A stretch of 64,000 nt of DNA from Smithellaceae bacterium (GTDB lineage Bacteria > Desulfobacterota > Syntrophia > Syntrophales > Smithellaceae). Both the position numbers and the translations under genes were made by a program. This document shows, in pieces, positions 1-10,013 of the stretch. The stretch covers positions 1,536,001 to 1,600,000 of the forward strand of contig CAXXVL010000002.1 in the NCBI GenBank assembly GCA_963667845.2. Direction: 5' to 3'. The notes under the pieces are model-generated. The model had not been told where the DNA came from. It did no database searches and was given only the letters and a program-made list of their open reading frames with translations. Every line of letters starts with the position of its first letter. Within the stretch, counting starts at the first letter, position 1.

Positions 1-226
1 AATCAACGTTGATGGGTTGAGCTTGGTTCAACAAGTCTTTGTCGATGACAAATTTTGTTCCCTTCTCTTCAATCACTTCGTCTTCATTCCTCGGCTCGTC
101 CAGAGCCATGCCCAAAGAGGGCCCGGATCACCCAATCGACATCGTGATGCGGATGGCCGCATCCGTATTCTTATCCTTGAGAAAATCCTTGATAACTTCC
201 GAGGCTTTGTCTGTAACTGTAAGCAT
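1..226 (-). CDS. HesB/IscA-like selenoprotein (3' end runs off the window; Sec TGA at 130..128)
   Basis: Manual translation MLTVTDKASEVIKDFLKDKNTDAAIRITMSIG-U-SGPSLGMALDEPRNEDEVIEEKGTKFVIDKDLL...; AGGAG RBS; frame stays open after the TGA; GUxGPxLGMALDE is the HesB-like selenoprotein motif. Confidence 0.9.
93..107 (-). promoter_or_regulatory. Putative SECIS hairpin of the HesB-like gene
   Basis: GGCTC-TGGAC-GAGCC hairpin 20 nt downstream of the in-frame TGA. Confidence 0.6.
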
Positions 227-432
227 ATACACGTTCTCCTTTTGGCGATGTCTTTTCGACACCAATCTTTCCCGTAACTTATCCATATTTGGTCTATTGT
301 CAATTACAATTTTGGTGTTTGCGTCAAGCTGCCGTATTTACTTATCAAATGATAAATTTGTTTATGTTGACAATACTCACGTATCTTGTTTATGATTTTG
401 GCAATCAAATATTCGACAAGGGAGACCTTCTG

Positions 433-2133
433 ATGAATATCATTAAAGCCGCCTTCATATCCCTGATGCTGGCAACAGCCATTCCGGCTGCGGCGGAGAA
501 TTTTACCGTCAAAGGTGATATGGCATCGACCATCCATTACCGGTTGCAGCATCAGATCACGGCCGGAGATGCGATGCAAAAACTGATGCTGAGTTTTGTC
601 GTTCCGGAAAGTTTCGACTCTCCCACGTACAAGCAATCGATTACGAATTTTAAGATTACCTTTTCGCCGCAAGCCCAGGAACAAACGACCAACACGGATG
701 CCCGCGGCAATAAGACCATTCTGGCGACGTGGAATCATGTCCCGTCCGTCATTGATGCCGTTGTGTCTTTTGATGCACAAACCAACACGGGCCTTAAAGC
801 CATTGAGACTCACGCCCCCTTTCCGCTCACCGACGTGCCTGATCATCTGAAAGTCTATTTGCAGACATCCGAGCAGGTGCAGACTGATGCCCCGGCCATC
901 CGGGAACTGGCGCATCAACTGACCCGCGATGTGAAGACCCAGTTTGACGCCGTGCAGCGGGTCGTGAGCTGGGTGGTGGATCATGTCCGATATATTAACC
1001 CTCCGGAGCAATACGATGCGCTTTACTCTCTTAGTACCGGCATGGGAAACTGCCAGAATTTTTCCCATCTGGCCGCCGCGCTTTTACGCAACGTCGGCAT
1101 TCCCGTGCGGATCGTCAACGGCGTCACGATGAATCAGCCGTTCAATGTGGTTTGGGAAAAGGGAACCTTGACATTTAAGATGGGTCAGGGCAGGCATTCC
1201 TGGGTAGAGGTTTGGTTCTCCGATCTGGGCTGGGTTCCCTATGATCCGCAGAATACGCAGTTTTTTGTTTCCAACCGATTTGTCCGTATCGAAGTGGGCG
1301 TGGATAATAATGAAACCAAGAATGATGGTTTGGTCCGTTGGGCTCAGAGCGCGGAGGCGCGTAATAAGCCGAGACTTCAGGAAGCCATCGATGCAAGATT
1401 CCTGACGGATTCGACGAAGGTGATGGCCACCAGACAGAATTATGGTCCAAAGAATCTGCTCCTGGGGCCCAATGTCCAGGCGCAGTTCAAAAAGATCGAA
1501 AGTCCGCCTCAACCGCCGCCTCCGGTGATTATCCCGCCGGAGATCAAGAAGAAACTGCGCTACGAGGTTCCATTCGTATTCGGCAATCTGGTCTTTCCGG
1601 AAAATATCGACTTTGCTTTTCCCCGCGTGACGAAGGCCAGAGGCAAAGGCTCCTTTGAAATGTCCCGCAATTTTCTTGTGGAGACGGCTGAATATGTAAC
1701 GACGAACGCAACGCAATATGCACAAGTCGTGGAATTGGCCAAGCCGGCAACGCTTCATAAAGTTGGACTGGCGCTGCACAAGTTCGGCGGCGAAGGCTGG
1801 CTCTGGGTGGATATTTTTAAAGACGATGACGGACGTCCGGGAGAACCGTTATGTACAACCCAGATGATGAGTCTGGACGATATTTCCGCAAAGCCCGGCT
1901 ATCGCTGGGTCAACTTTACTTTTGCCGATAAGGAAAGGCCGGTGCTGATGCCGGGCGCCTACTGGATTGCGCTTGGTTTTTCCGGGACGCCGATTGTCAA
2001 CTGGTTTTATACGTATGGAAAACCGGTCGGTCCTGTTTACGGCACCCGTTACAAGAGCGTTTTTGCCGAAGGTTGGAGCGGCGCTCTCAATTATGAATTC
2101 AATTACCGGGTCGTGGGGATGACGGTGAAGTGA
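433..2133 (+). CDS. Secreted transglutaminase-like domain protein
   Basis: AAGGGAG RBS before ATG 433; signal peptide (..AIPAAA); triad motifs GNCQNFS, HSWVEV, WVPYDP; Pro-rich linker and C-terminal domain. Confidence 0.85.
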   Translation: MNIIKAAFISLMLATAIPAAAENFTVKGDMASTIHYRLQHQITAGDAMQKLMLSFVVPESFDSPTYKQSITNFKITFSPQAQEQTTNTDARGNKTILATWNHVPSVIDAVVSFDAQTNTGLKAIETHAPFPLTDVPDHLKVYLQTSEQVQTDAPAIRELAHQLTRDVKTQFDAVQRVVSWVVDHVRYINPPEQYDALYSLSTGMGNCQNFSHLAAALLRNVGIPVRIVNGVTMNQPFNVVWEKGTLTFKMGQGRHSWVEVWFSDLGWVPYDPQNTQFFVSNRFVRIEVGVDNNETKNDGLVRWAQSAEARNKPRLQEAIDARFLTDSTKVMATRQNYGPKNLLLGPNVQAQFKKIESPPQPPPPVIIPPEIKKKLRYEVPFVFGNLVFPENIDFAFPRVTKARGKGSFEMSRNFLVETAEYVTTNATQYAQVVELAKPATLHKVGLALHKFGGEGWLWVDIFKDDDGRPGEPLCTTQMMSLDDISAKPGYRWVNFTFADKERPVLMPGAYWIALGFSGTPIVNWFYTYGKPVGPVYGTRYKSVFAEGWSGALNYEFNYRVVGMTVK

Positions 2134-2229
2134 GCGCTCGCAGCAAAGAACGCGGCATGTTGCCCGAAGCCGTCAAAGCGGCAAGCCAGCGCAGCCTGAC
2201 TGCGGTGACTGCACAATAATGGCTCCAGA

Positions 2230-2793
2230 TTATCCACCGCAGGGAGTTTCTTCTGCAATTGACTGTCTGGCTTGAACAAGCGTTTCATCGAAGTATTTTT
2301 CGAGTTTATCATTGGCGCCGCGCAGGCCGTCGATGACAGCCCGGGCCCAGTTCAGGTAATCGAGCCGTCTCTCCCGCGGCCAGTGACCGGGCGGCGCGCT
2401 GGCAATATCGCGGACGTTGCAAATTTTATCGGCCAGTTTGATTTCCTGGGCACGCCGTGACAGATGGGGCGAGTGGATGATCTGGTTTTGTTTCCGTTCC
2501 TGTTTGGGCAGGCTTTTATCATCGCTCACTTCCCTGACCAGCGCCAGAACCGCGTTTCCAAAGTTCAGACAGATCTCTTCCGGGGTCGTGTCCGTGTCTT
2601 CAAGCGTATCATGAAGGAGGGCAGCGACGATGGTGGTGACATCATAAACCTCGCCGATCGTCCACAAGATATTGGCAACTTCAATAGGATGGTTAATATA
2701 GGGTGAAGCGGCTGTATCTTTTCTTCTCTGATGTCGGTGCTTTTCTGCGGAAAAATTCAGGGCTTTTAAAAACAGGGTCAAATCGGTTTTCAA
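2230..2793 (-). CDS. HD-domain hydrolase, Mesh1/small alarmone hydrolase-like
   Basis: PYINHP, AALLHDTLEDT and KLADK motifs; TTG start with AGGAGG RBS. Confidence 0.85.
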   Translation of the reverse strand: MKTDLTLFLKALNFSAEKHRHQRRKDTAASPYINHPIEVANILWTIGEVYDVTTIVAALLHDTLEDTDTTPEEICLNFGNAVLALVREVSDDKSLPKQERKQNQIIHSPHLSRRAQEIKLADKICNVRDIASAPPGHWPRERRLDYLNWARAVIDGLRGANDKLEKYFDETLVQARQSIAEETPCGG

Positions 2794-3177
2794 ACAGGCC
2801 TCCTTTTACTGCGGGATCATATCACAGCTAGGCTCTGCCGCACAAATAAAGTCTCGCGCCCTCTTTGAGATTGTCAGGCATCTGGGTTACACATTCCCCG
2901 CTTTTTCTAATACTTGGTCAGGATGAATGAGGCAGGGGGCAGGATCATGCCGGGCAGCAAGAGAATTCATGTCAAATCGGTGCTCATCCGGCAGCGGAGT
3001 GAGACTGCGCTTCTATAAACACCGGAACAGATCGGATTCTTCTTTTTAGTGATATCCGATCCGTCACTCGATACTCTCTAGTTGATGAATGACTTACCGG
3101 CCGTGAATGCGTCATTTACTCCGTCGGCGAAAATGGCCCGCAGCTTTATAAGGGAAACCCGGAAACGGCTGGAATGA

Positions 3178-3750
3178 TCAAGCAGGTTTTGCCAAAAATC
3201 TCCACAACGCATCGCGATCTTTCCTGGCAGCATAATCGATACCGATTCTGGGTGTGGCCATGATATTGTCCGGGGCGATATCCCGATAAGGTTCCACCCA
3301 CAGTTGTTTCCTCTTCGTCAAATCCCAGCCATAGAAGGTTTTGTCAATCGACAAAGCCTGGCACAATTTTGCCGGTCCATTGGTCAGGTCACGGTCCTGA
3401 CGCTTGCGGCGAGCGCGCATTTGATCAAGGCCCGTGAGCGGCTCAATCGCCCGTATCAGGACGGCGCACGGTTTGTTTTCACCCTCGGTCACGATGTTCA
3501 AAAGATAGTGCATGCCGTACGTGAAATAAACATAGGCGTGACCGGGCTTTCCGAACATCACGGTATTGCGCATGGTTCGGCCCCGGTGCGCATGACAGGC
3601 GCTGTCATCAGTTCCGCAATAGGCTTCTGTTTCGATAATGATACCGGAAAGCTCCACGTTGTCCAACCGGCGGACCAGTCTCTTACCCAAAAGATCGCGC
3701 GCGACGTCCAGTGTCGGACGGTGATAGAATTTTCTGTCCAGAGCGATCAT
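3178..3750 (-). CDS. mpg: DNA-3-methyladenine glycosylase (AAG/MPG family)
   Basis: IIETEAY, YVYFTYGMHY, AVLIRAIEP, GPAKLCQAL and TPRIGI motifs. Confidence 0.95.
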   Translation of the reverse strand: MIALDRKFYHRPTLDVARDLLGKRLVRRLDNVELSGIIIETEAYCGTDDSACHAHRGRTMRNTVMFGKPGHAYVYFTYGMHYLLNIVTEGENKPCAVLIRAIEPLTGLDQMRARRKRQDRDLTNGPAKLCQALSIDKTFYGWDLTKRKQLWVEPYRDIAPDNIMATPRIGIDYAARKDRDALWRFLAKPA

Positions 3751-4085
3751 CAATTTCCCCAGTCGAGAAGCGGCATAATTCAACTTGACTTAGCCTGATC
3801 TTCGTTTTAATAATCCTGCACCATGATGCTGATTAATGTCAACTTCCGTGTGCTAAACGCATGATCTCTTCCATGCGAAGATCTCTTCGCAGTGCAAAAC
3901 AAATTACACGTCCAGTTAGAGAATAAAGGAGCGGATGAATAGTCCTTCTTTTATAAATGATGAATAAATACAGCTTCATTTGGCGCCAACGCCAATTAAG
4001 CCTTTATGGCATGGATTGTGCTTCTTCGCGGGCAGTTGCGTATAACGGATTCGTGGATATTTTGTAATGACATTTGAGGAATAAA

Positions 4086-5039
4086 ATGAACGAAATGAAT
4101 GGCAAGGCGGTTGTTTTTCCCGGCCAGGGATCGCAAAGACAGGGAATGGGGAAAGATTTTTACGATCAGATCCCAGTCTGCCGGCAAACCTACGAGGAAG
4201 CGTCGGATGCCCTCGGATTGGATATCGCAGCGATTTGTTTTCAGGAAGACGCCCGTCTAAATCTGACGGAATATACGCAGCCCTGCATTGTGACGACTGA
4301 AGTAGCGATGCTCCGCGGGCTTGCAGAAAAATATGGATTTAAAGCGGATTATTTCGGTGGTCATTCTCTGGGAGAGTTCACTGCACTGGTCGCCGCGGGG
4401 GTCATGCCCTTTGCCGATACGGTGCAGATTGTCCGCGAGCGTGGAAAGTTGATGCAGGAAGCCGTTCCCGTTGGCGTCGGTTCGATGGCGGCCGTCATAT
4501 CCGAAGGAATCGATGTCGAGGCTTTAAAGAAGATGCTGTCGGATTTGCCGATCGATATCGCGAACATCAATTCTGCAAACCAGGTCGTGATCAGCGGGGA
4601 TGCCGCTTCTCTGCCGGAAGCTGAAATCCGGTGTAGAGAACTGTTTCAGGCTCCCAAGACCTGTCGGTTTATACAGCTCAATGTCAGTGCCCCTTTTCAC
4701 AGCAGGTTTATGAAAAAGATTGAAGAACCTTTTGCGGGGACGCTCAAAAGATTCAGCAAATCCTTCAAGCCGGATCATGCGCCCCAGGTGACGTCCAATT
4801 ATCAGGGGTCGTATCATGCTGCAAGCATCGATGCGGTGGCGGGCAATTTGGTGAGTCAATTGTCCCATTCCGTATTGTGGCGCGATAACATGCAGGCTTT
4901 GTCGGCCAAGGCCTTCCAGATTTACGAAATCGGCCCGGGACGGCCGTTGAGAGATTTCTTCAAAACGGTGGGTGTCACCTGCGAATCCATCACCGGGCTT
5001 ACCGCGGCGGAAAAAATCTTTGCGAAAGCGAATCAATAA
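4086..5039 (+). CDS. fabD: Malonyl-CoA:ACP transacylase
   Basis: FPGQGSQ, GHSLGE and VSAPFHS motifs; GAGGA RBS. Confidence 0.95.
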   Translation: MNEMNGKAVVFPGQGSQRQGMGKDFYDQIPVCRQTYEEASDALGLDIAAICFQEDARLNLTEYTQPCIVTTEVAMLRGLAEKYGFKADYFGGHSLGEFTALVAAGVMPFADTVQIVRERGKLMQEAVPVGVGSMAAVISEGIDVEALKKMLSDLPIDIANINSANQVVISGDAASLPEAEIRCRELFQAPKTCRFIQLNVSAPFHSRFMKKIEEPFAGTLKRFSKSFKPDHAPQVTSNYQGSYHAASIDAVAGNLVSQLSHSVLWRDNMQALSAKAFQIYEIGPGRPLRDFFKTVGVTCESITGLTAAEKIFAKANQ

Positions 5040-5081
5040 ACAAACAATAACTTTCTCCTCTAAGATAACGAAAGGCAGACT

Positions 5082-6281
5082 ATGGATTTAAGTTTTAGTG
5101 ACAATCAACTCATGTATGTGGAGACCGTGCGCAAGCTGGTCAAAAATTCAATCACACCCCACATCCTGGAACTGGAGAAGGCGCATCGATTTCCTTGGTC
5201 GATTATTGAAACGGCCTGGAAAATGGGCATCGTCAATCTGTGCATTCCGGAATCGGTGAAAGGGTTCGATATCGATGTGTTTTCATCGGCGCTCATTATC
5301 AAGGAAATTTCTTACGGCGATACGGGCATAGCCACATCCGCCATGTGCAATGATCTGGCCAACGTCGTGATCAGCCGGCACGGCACGGAAGAGCAGAAAG
5401 AACGTTTCCTGCGTCCCTTTGTCGAGAAGCCGCTCCTCGCATCTTTTTGTCTGACTGAGCCAGGCGCCGGTTCGGATAATTCCATGATGACCAGTTTTAT
5501 CGCCAAACGCGATGACGGTACTTACGTGTTGAACGGATCGAAGTGTTTCATTACCAATGCATCTTACGCATCTCAATTCACCGTTTTATGCAAGGTGGGA
5601 AAATCCACGAGCAACTTCATGGCCTGCGTGGTCATTCCGGTTCCGCACGTGACGTCCACCGATCTCCCTGACGTTGGCGGTTCCACCCGGGAGATCAATC
5701 TACCCACCGGCGGTAAAATTACGATCGGCAAACCTGAAGATAAGCTGGGGCAGCGACTGTCCAACACGGCGAGCGTCACCTTTGACGATGTCATCATCCA
5801 GCCGGATCAGATCATCGGGGATCGCCGTTTCGGTTTTAAATATATCGTGGATGTGCTCGACTACGCGCGGCCGATGGTCGCGGCGATCGGTCTGGGGCTG
5901 GCCAAAAGAGCGCTGGATGTGACGATCGCCTATACCCGGGAACGCAAACAATTCGGTCAGCGCATCTGTGATCTGCCGGTGGCCAGGGACATGATCACGA
6001 CCATGTGGAAGAAAGTCGAATTGGCCGAGTTGTCGCTCATCAAGGCGACCTGCAAAATTCAGGAGAAAGCCAAGGATGCCGGCATCTATGCGTCACTGGC
6101 GAAAAACTGTTGCGCCGAAGCTGCGGTCTTTTGTTCGACTGAAGGATTGCACCTGCATGGCGGGTATGGATTTACAACAGACTATGAAATATCCAAGCTG
6201 GCGCGCGACGCCCATATCATCGACATTTATGAGGGCGTCCGCGAAGTTCAGAATATGATCATCGGGCGGGAGATCGTTTAG
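5082..6281 (+). CDS. Acyl-CoA dehydrogenase family protein
   Basis: FCLTEPGAGSD, NGSKCFITN, RKQFG, HGGYG and IYEG motifs. Confidence 0.95.
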   Translation: MDLSFSDNQLMYVETVRKLVKNSITPHILELEKAHRFPWSIIETAWKMGIVNLCIPESVKGFDIDVFSSALIIKEISYGDTGIATSAMCNDLANVVISRHGTEEQKERFLRPFVEKPLLASFCLTEPGAGSDNSMMTSFIAKRDDGTYVLNGSKCFITNASYASQFTVLCKVGKSTSNFMACVVIPVPHVTSTDLPDVGGSTREINLPTGGKITIGKPEDKLGQRLSNTASVTFDDVIIQPDQIIGDRRFGFKYIVDVLDYARPMVAAIGLGLAKRALDVTIAYTRERKQFGQRICDLPVARDMITTMWKKVELAELSLIKATCKIQEKAKDAGIYASLAKNCCAEAAVFCSTEGLHLHGGYGFTTDYEISKLARDAHIIDIYEGVREVQNMIIGREIV

Positions 6282-6283
6282 CG

Positions 6284-7276
6284 ATGTTATACCTGCATGG
6301 CATGGGGCATTTCAATCCGGAGATTGTGATTTCCAATCAGTTTCTGGAAGACCTGGATATCGGGACCAGCAACGAGTGGATTCTCGAACGTGTCGGCATC
6401 GCCAATCGCCGGACCGTTTTACCCCTGGAATATATTAAACGGACAAAGAACGAAGACTTCCGGGCCGCCTTTGAAGCGCGGCTTTATACCAATGCCCAGA
6501 TGGGGGCAAAAGCGGCCCGGGAGGCGCTAAGGCGAGCGTCGTTGTTACCTGAGGATATCGGCATGGTGATCGCGGGGAGTTCATCCCCCGACAATATCGC
6601 GCCGGCGGAGTCCTCGGCTGTCGCCGCGGAGTTGGGGATCGAAGTGCCCTGCCTTGACATGAACTCGGCGTGCAGCTCCTTCGGGATGCAAATGAATTTT
6701 CTGTCTAAAATGGATCCGGAGACTCTGCCATCTTATGTGCTGGTCGTTGATTCGGAAACACTGACCAAGTCGGTAAGTTATGCGGATCGGTCCATGGCTG
6801 TTCTTTTCGGTGATGGAAGCAGTGCGGCGGTCGTCTCGACAAAAGTACCGTCCCGATCTGTTTTTTGCGATTGCAGTTACGGGTCACGTCCTTCCGCCTG
6901 GGAGAAAGTCGGTATTGACTGGAAATGGCGTTTCTATCAGGACGGCAACGCAGTCCAGGGATTTGCCATCCGTAAGACCACCGAGGGCATACGGGATTTG
7001 AAGGATATCTATGCCGCCGAGGCGAAACGATTTATTTTTATCGGGCATCAGGCCAATTTTAGCATGCTCGAGACCGTTTGTGAACGCACGGGCATTGCCC
7101 CCGGAAATCACTGGTATGGCGTTGATCAATTCGGCAATATCGGCTGCTGCGGCGCACCTTCAGTGCTCTCCGCACACTGGGATGATTTGCAATCGGGCGA
7201 CCGTGTCGCCATGTCGATCGTCGGGGCGGGGCTGTCCTGGGCGCATCTGATGCTGAAAGTAGAGGATAAACCTTAA
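6284..7276 (+). CDS. fabH: 3-oxoacyl-ACP synthase III family
   Basis: Cys-His-Asn triad (SACSSF, HQAN, FGN); LFGDG. Confidence 0.88.
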   Translation: MLYLHGMGHFNPEIVISNQFLEDLDIGTSNEWILERVGIANRRTVLPLEYIKRTKNEDFRAAFEARLYTNAQMGAKAAREALRRASLLPEDIGMVIAGSSSPDNIAPAESSAVAAELGIEVPCLDMNSACSSFGMQMNFLSKMDPETLPSYVLVVDSETLTKSVSYADRSMAVLFGDGSSAAVVSTKVPSRSVFCDCSYGSRPSAWEKVGIDWKWRFYQDGNAVQGFAIRKTTEGIRDLKDIYAAEAKRFIFIGHQANFSMLETVCERTGIAPGNHWYGVDQFGNIGCCGAPSVLSAHWDDLQSGDRVAMSIVGAGLSWAHLMLKVEDKP

Positions 7277-8001
7277 TGGATAAACCGGTTGCATTGGTAA
7301 CGGGAGGCGCCACCGGAATCGGCGCTGCCTGCGTGCGGGCACTGGCGGCGGAAGGGTTTTGCGTCGGTATTCATTACCGGAAAAGCGGTGAAAAGGCACA
7401 GGCGCTGCTTGCCGAAATTAAAGACGGTTTTTTGGTTCAGGCGGATCTTGCCAGCATCGAACAAATTGATGCGATGACCGCTAAGCTGAAGGATCAGGCC
7501 GGACGGATCGATGTATTGGTGAATAATGCCGGTCTTTCCATCAACGCCGATATTATCTCGATGAAAATTGAGCAGTTCGATGCGCAGCGGGTCTTGACGC
7601 GAGGCGTCTGGTATCTGACCAAAAGAATTTTGAGGCAGTTTATGATGCGGAGTTCATCCGGCCGGATCATCAATATCTCCAGCGTTGTCGGTCACACCGG
7701 CAATCCCGGGCAGATCGCCTACACCATGGAAAAGGCGGCGCTCGACGCCTTCACGAAATCGTTGGCACAGGAGATGGCCGGACGCAACATTCTCGTCAAT
7801 TCCGTCGCCCCCGGTTTTATTGAAACGGACATGACCGGAGAACTGCCCCCGGAAGTGAAAGAAAAGATTATGGCCGGTATTACACTGGGACGCATCGGCC
7901 GGCCTGACGAAGTTGCGGAAGTGGTCGCTTTTCTCGCCCGGAGAGGAAGTTACATTAACGGGTCGGTGATTCACGTCAACGGAGGCCTTTATGGGGGCTG
8001 A
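7276..8001 (+). CDS. fabG: 3-oxoacyl-ACP reductase (SDR)
   Basis: TGGATGIG, NNAG, ISSVVG, YxxxK (YTMEK) and VAPGFIETDMT motifs. Confidence 0.88.
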   Translation: MDKPVALVTGGATGIGAACVRALAAEGFCVGIHYRKSGEKAQALLAEIKDGFLVQADLASIEQIDAMTAKLKDQAGRIDVLVNNAGLSINADIISMKIEQFDAQRVLTRGVWYLTKRILRQFMMRSSSGRIINISSVVGHTGNPGQIAYTMEKAALDAFTKSLAQEMAGRNILVNSVAPGFIETDMTGELPPEVKEKIMAGITLGRIGRPDEVAEVVAFLARRGSYINGSVIHVNGGLYGG

Positions 8002-8461
8002 TGAAAGCATCATCCGCGAAGTCCTGGCGCTGGTGCCGCAGCAAAAGCCGTTCCGTTTCATTGACGAGATTATTCGCCTCGATGAGGAAGAAATTGTCGG
8101 GGCCTACCGTTTTCGAGAAGACGAATTTTTTTATCCGGGGCATTTCCCCGGTCGGCCGATTACTCCGGGGGTGATCCTGGTGGAATCGATGGCGCAGATC
8201 GGCGTCGTGGCCTACGGCATGTATTTGCTGGCCCGTCAGCGAAATGTGCGGCCAAGCGAAATGAAAGGTCCGCTCAGTCTTTTTTCACTGGCCGAAGATA
8301 TCGAATTTAAGGGCATCGTGAAGCCCGGCGAAAGAGTGATTGTGAGGGGGAAGAAAATATATATGCGAAAAGGGGCCCTAAAAGTGGACGTCAGTATGGA
8401 AAGAGAAAATGGCGAAGTGGTCTGTGAAGGAAAACTGGCCGGAATGGGAGTGGAAAGATGA
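7991..8461 (+). CDS. fabZ: 3-hydroxyacyl-ACP dehydratase (FabZ/FabA hot-dog fold)
   Basis: PFRFID and GHFPGRPITPGVILVESMAQ motifs. Confidence 0.9.
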   Translation: MGADESIIREVLALVPQQKPFRFIDEIIRLDEEEIVGAYRFREDEFFYPGHFPGRPITPGVILVESMAQIGVVAYGMYLLARQRNVRPSEMKGPLSLFSLAEDIEFKGIVKPGERVIVRGKKIYMRKGALKVDVSMERENGEVVCEGKLAGMGVER

Positions 8462-9735
8462 GAAGAGTCGTGGTTACAGGAATGGGCGTTGCTGCCCCAA
8501 ACGCTCATGGTCTGGAAAATTTTGAACAGGCGCTGCGCGAAGGCCGTTCCGGGATACGCTTTCAGCAATTGTTGGCGGACCTGAAGTTTGGGTGCCAGAT
8601 CGCGGGGATTCCGGAAAATTTTGATGCGATCCGTAAGAGCTATTTCGATCACGAGAAACTGATGTCGATCAACGACAATATCGGTTATGCGTCGGTATCG
8701 GCGGTGGACGCTTGGACGGACGGGGGTTTCAAGATTCCCGACGGCGATGACGAAACAGTGGACTGGGACACGGGTGTGATTGCCGGTTCCGGCATCGGCG
8801 GCATGGATACCATTGCACAAAGTGTTGTGCCCATGATTAACGAGGGCCGCGTCCGACGCCTGGGTAGCCGAATTGTGGAGCAGGTGATGAACAGCGGCAC
8901 GAGCGCCCGCATCGGCGGGCTGATCGGCGCTGGGAATAAAGTGACGTCGAATTCATCGGCCTGCAGCACGGGGAACGAGGCTATTATCGACGCCCTTTGG
9001 AGAATAAGAGACGGTCTGGCCAAACGGATGATCGCGGGTGGATCGGAGGGCGCGACGCCCTATATCTGGGGCGGCTTTGACGCCATGCGCGTCATCTGTC
9101 GCAAATTTAACGATAATCCGGCCGCAGGTTCCCGGCCGCTGTCCGCCTCAGCCTGTGGATTCGTGCCCGGCTCCGGCGGTGCCATGCTGCTTCTGGAAGA
9201 CCTGGAAACCGCGCTTAACCGCGGGGCGAGAATTTATGCAGAGGTCGTGGGCGGAGCGGTGAACAGCGGAGGGCAGCGAATGGGCGGTTCCATGACGGCT
9301 CCCAATCCCGAGGGTGTGAGACGCTGCATCCGCGCAGCCGTGGCCGACGCGGGTATTGATCCGCATGAGGTGGATGCCATCAACGGGCATTTAACAGCAA
9401 CCTATGCCGATCCCATTGAAGTCAAAAACTGGGCCGCGGCTCTCGAGAGGACGCCGGAAAATTTTCCGTATATCAACTCGACAAAATCACTGATTGGCCA
9501 TTGCCTGGGCGCCGCCGGCGCAATTGAAAGCGTCGCGTCTGTGCTGCAGGTCTACCGGGGATTTGTGCATCCCTCGATCAACTGCGAGGACGTGCATCCG
9601 GATATTGCTCCCTATGCTTCGAAGATTCCGCAGAAATGCATCGAATTTCCCGAGTTAAAGTATCTGGCCAAAGCAGGTTTCGGTTTTGGGGATGTAAACA
9701 GCTGCATTATATTTAAGAAATGGGAAGAAAAATAA
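8458..9735 (+). CDS. fabF: 3-oxoacyl-ACP synthase II-like
   Basis: RRVVVTGMG; Cys-His-His triad (SACSTG, INGH, KSLIGHCLGAAG); GFGFG. Confidence 0.9.
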   Translation: MRRVVVTGMGVAAPNAHGLENFEQALREGRSGIRFQQLLADLKFGCQIAGIPENFDAIRKSYFDHEKLMSINDNIGYASVSAVDAWTDGGFKIPDGDDETVDWDTGVIAGSGIGGMDTIAQSVVPMINEGRVRRLGSRIVEQVMNSGTSARIGGLIGAGNKVTSNSSACSTGNEAIIDALWRIRDGLAKRMIAGGSEGATPYIWGGFDAMRVICRKFNDNPAAGSRPLSASACGFVPGSGGAMLLLEDLETALNRGARIYAEVVGGAVNSGGQRMGGSMTAPNPEGVRRCIRAAVADAGIDPHEVDAINGHLTATYADPIEVKNWAAALERTPENFPYINSTKSLIGHCLGAAGAIESVASVLQVYRGFVHPSINCEDVHPDIAPYASKIPQKCIEFPELKYLAKAGFGFGDVNSCIIFKKWEEK

Positions 9736-9759
9736 TAATATTAAAGGAGTTCAATAAAA

Positions 9760-10008
9760 ATGGATGAAAAGAAAATTTTTGAAGAAATGGTGAATATTCT
9801 CAAGGTGTATACCAAGGACGTAACCCTTCTGGAAAAGGCCACGCTGGATACGCATATCCTGAATGATTTAAAAGTCAACTCGGCACGCCTGGTGGATGTT
9901 ATTATCAAGTGTGAGGACGTATTCGGGATCAGCGTTGACGACGATGAGGCGGACAAGATTCGCACCATCGGCGATGCAGTGAAGATCATTAAATCAAAAC
10001 TCGGGTAA
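9760..10008 (+). CDS. acpP: Acyl carrier protein (NS variant of the DS motif)
   Basis: 82 aa, acidic; DLKVNSARLV...EDVFGI...IRTIGDAV; AAGGAG RBS. Confidence 0.85.
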   Translation: MDEKKIFEEMVNILKVYTKDVTLLEKATLDTHILNDLKVNSARLVDVIIKCEDVFGISVDDDEADKIRTIGDAVKIIKSKLG

Positions 10009-10013
10009 AAGAA

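Noticed and set aside
17..395. ORF-track ORFs 17..277, 39..395 and 73..303
   Set aside because: They are shadows of the minus-strand HesB-like selenoprotein and have no motifs.
2800..3170. Possible small gene or TGA read-through ORF between the HD hydrolase and mpg
   Set aside because: Manual translation gave only short frames without RBS or recognisable motif.
3863..3891. Near-palindrome TGCGAAGATCTCTTCGCA upstream of fabD
   Set aside because: Single occurrence with no candidate regulator; insufficient support.
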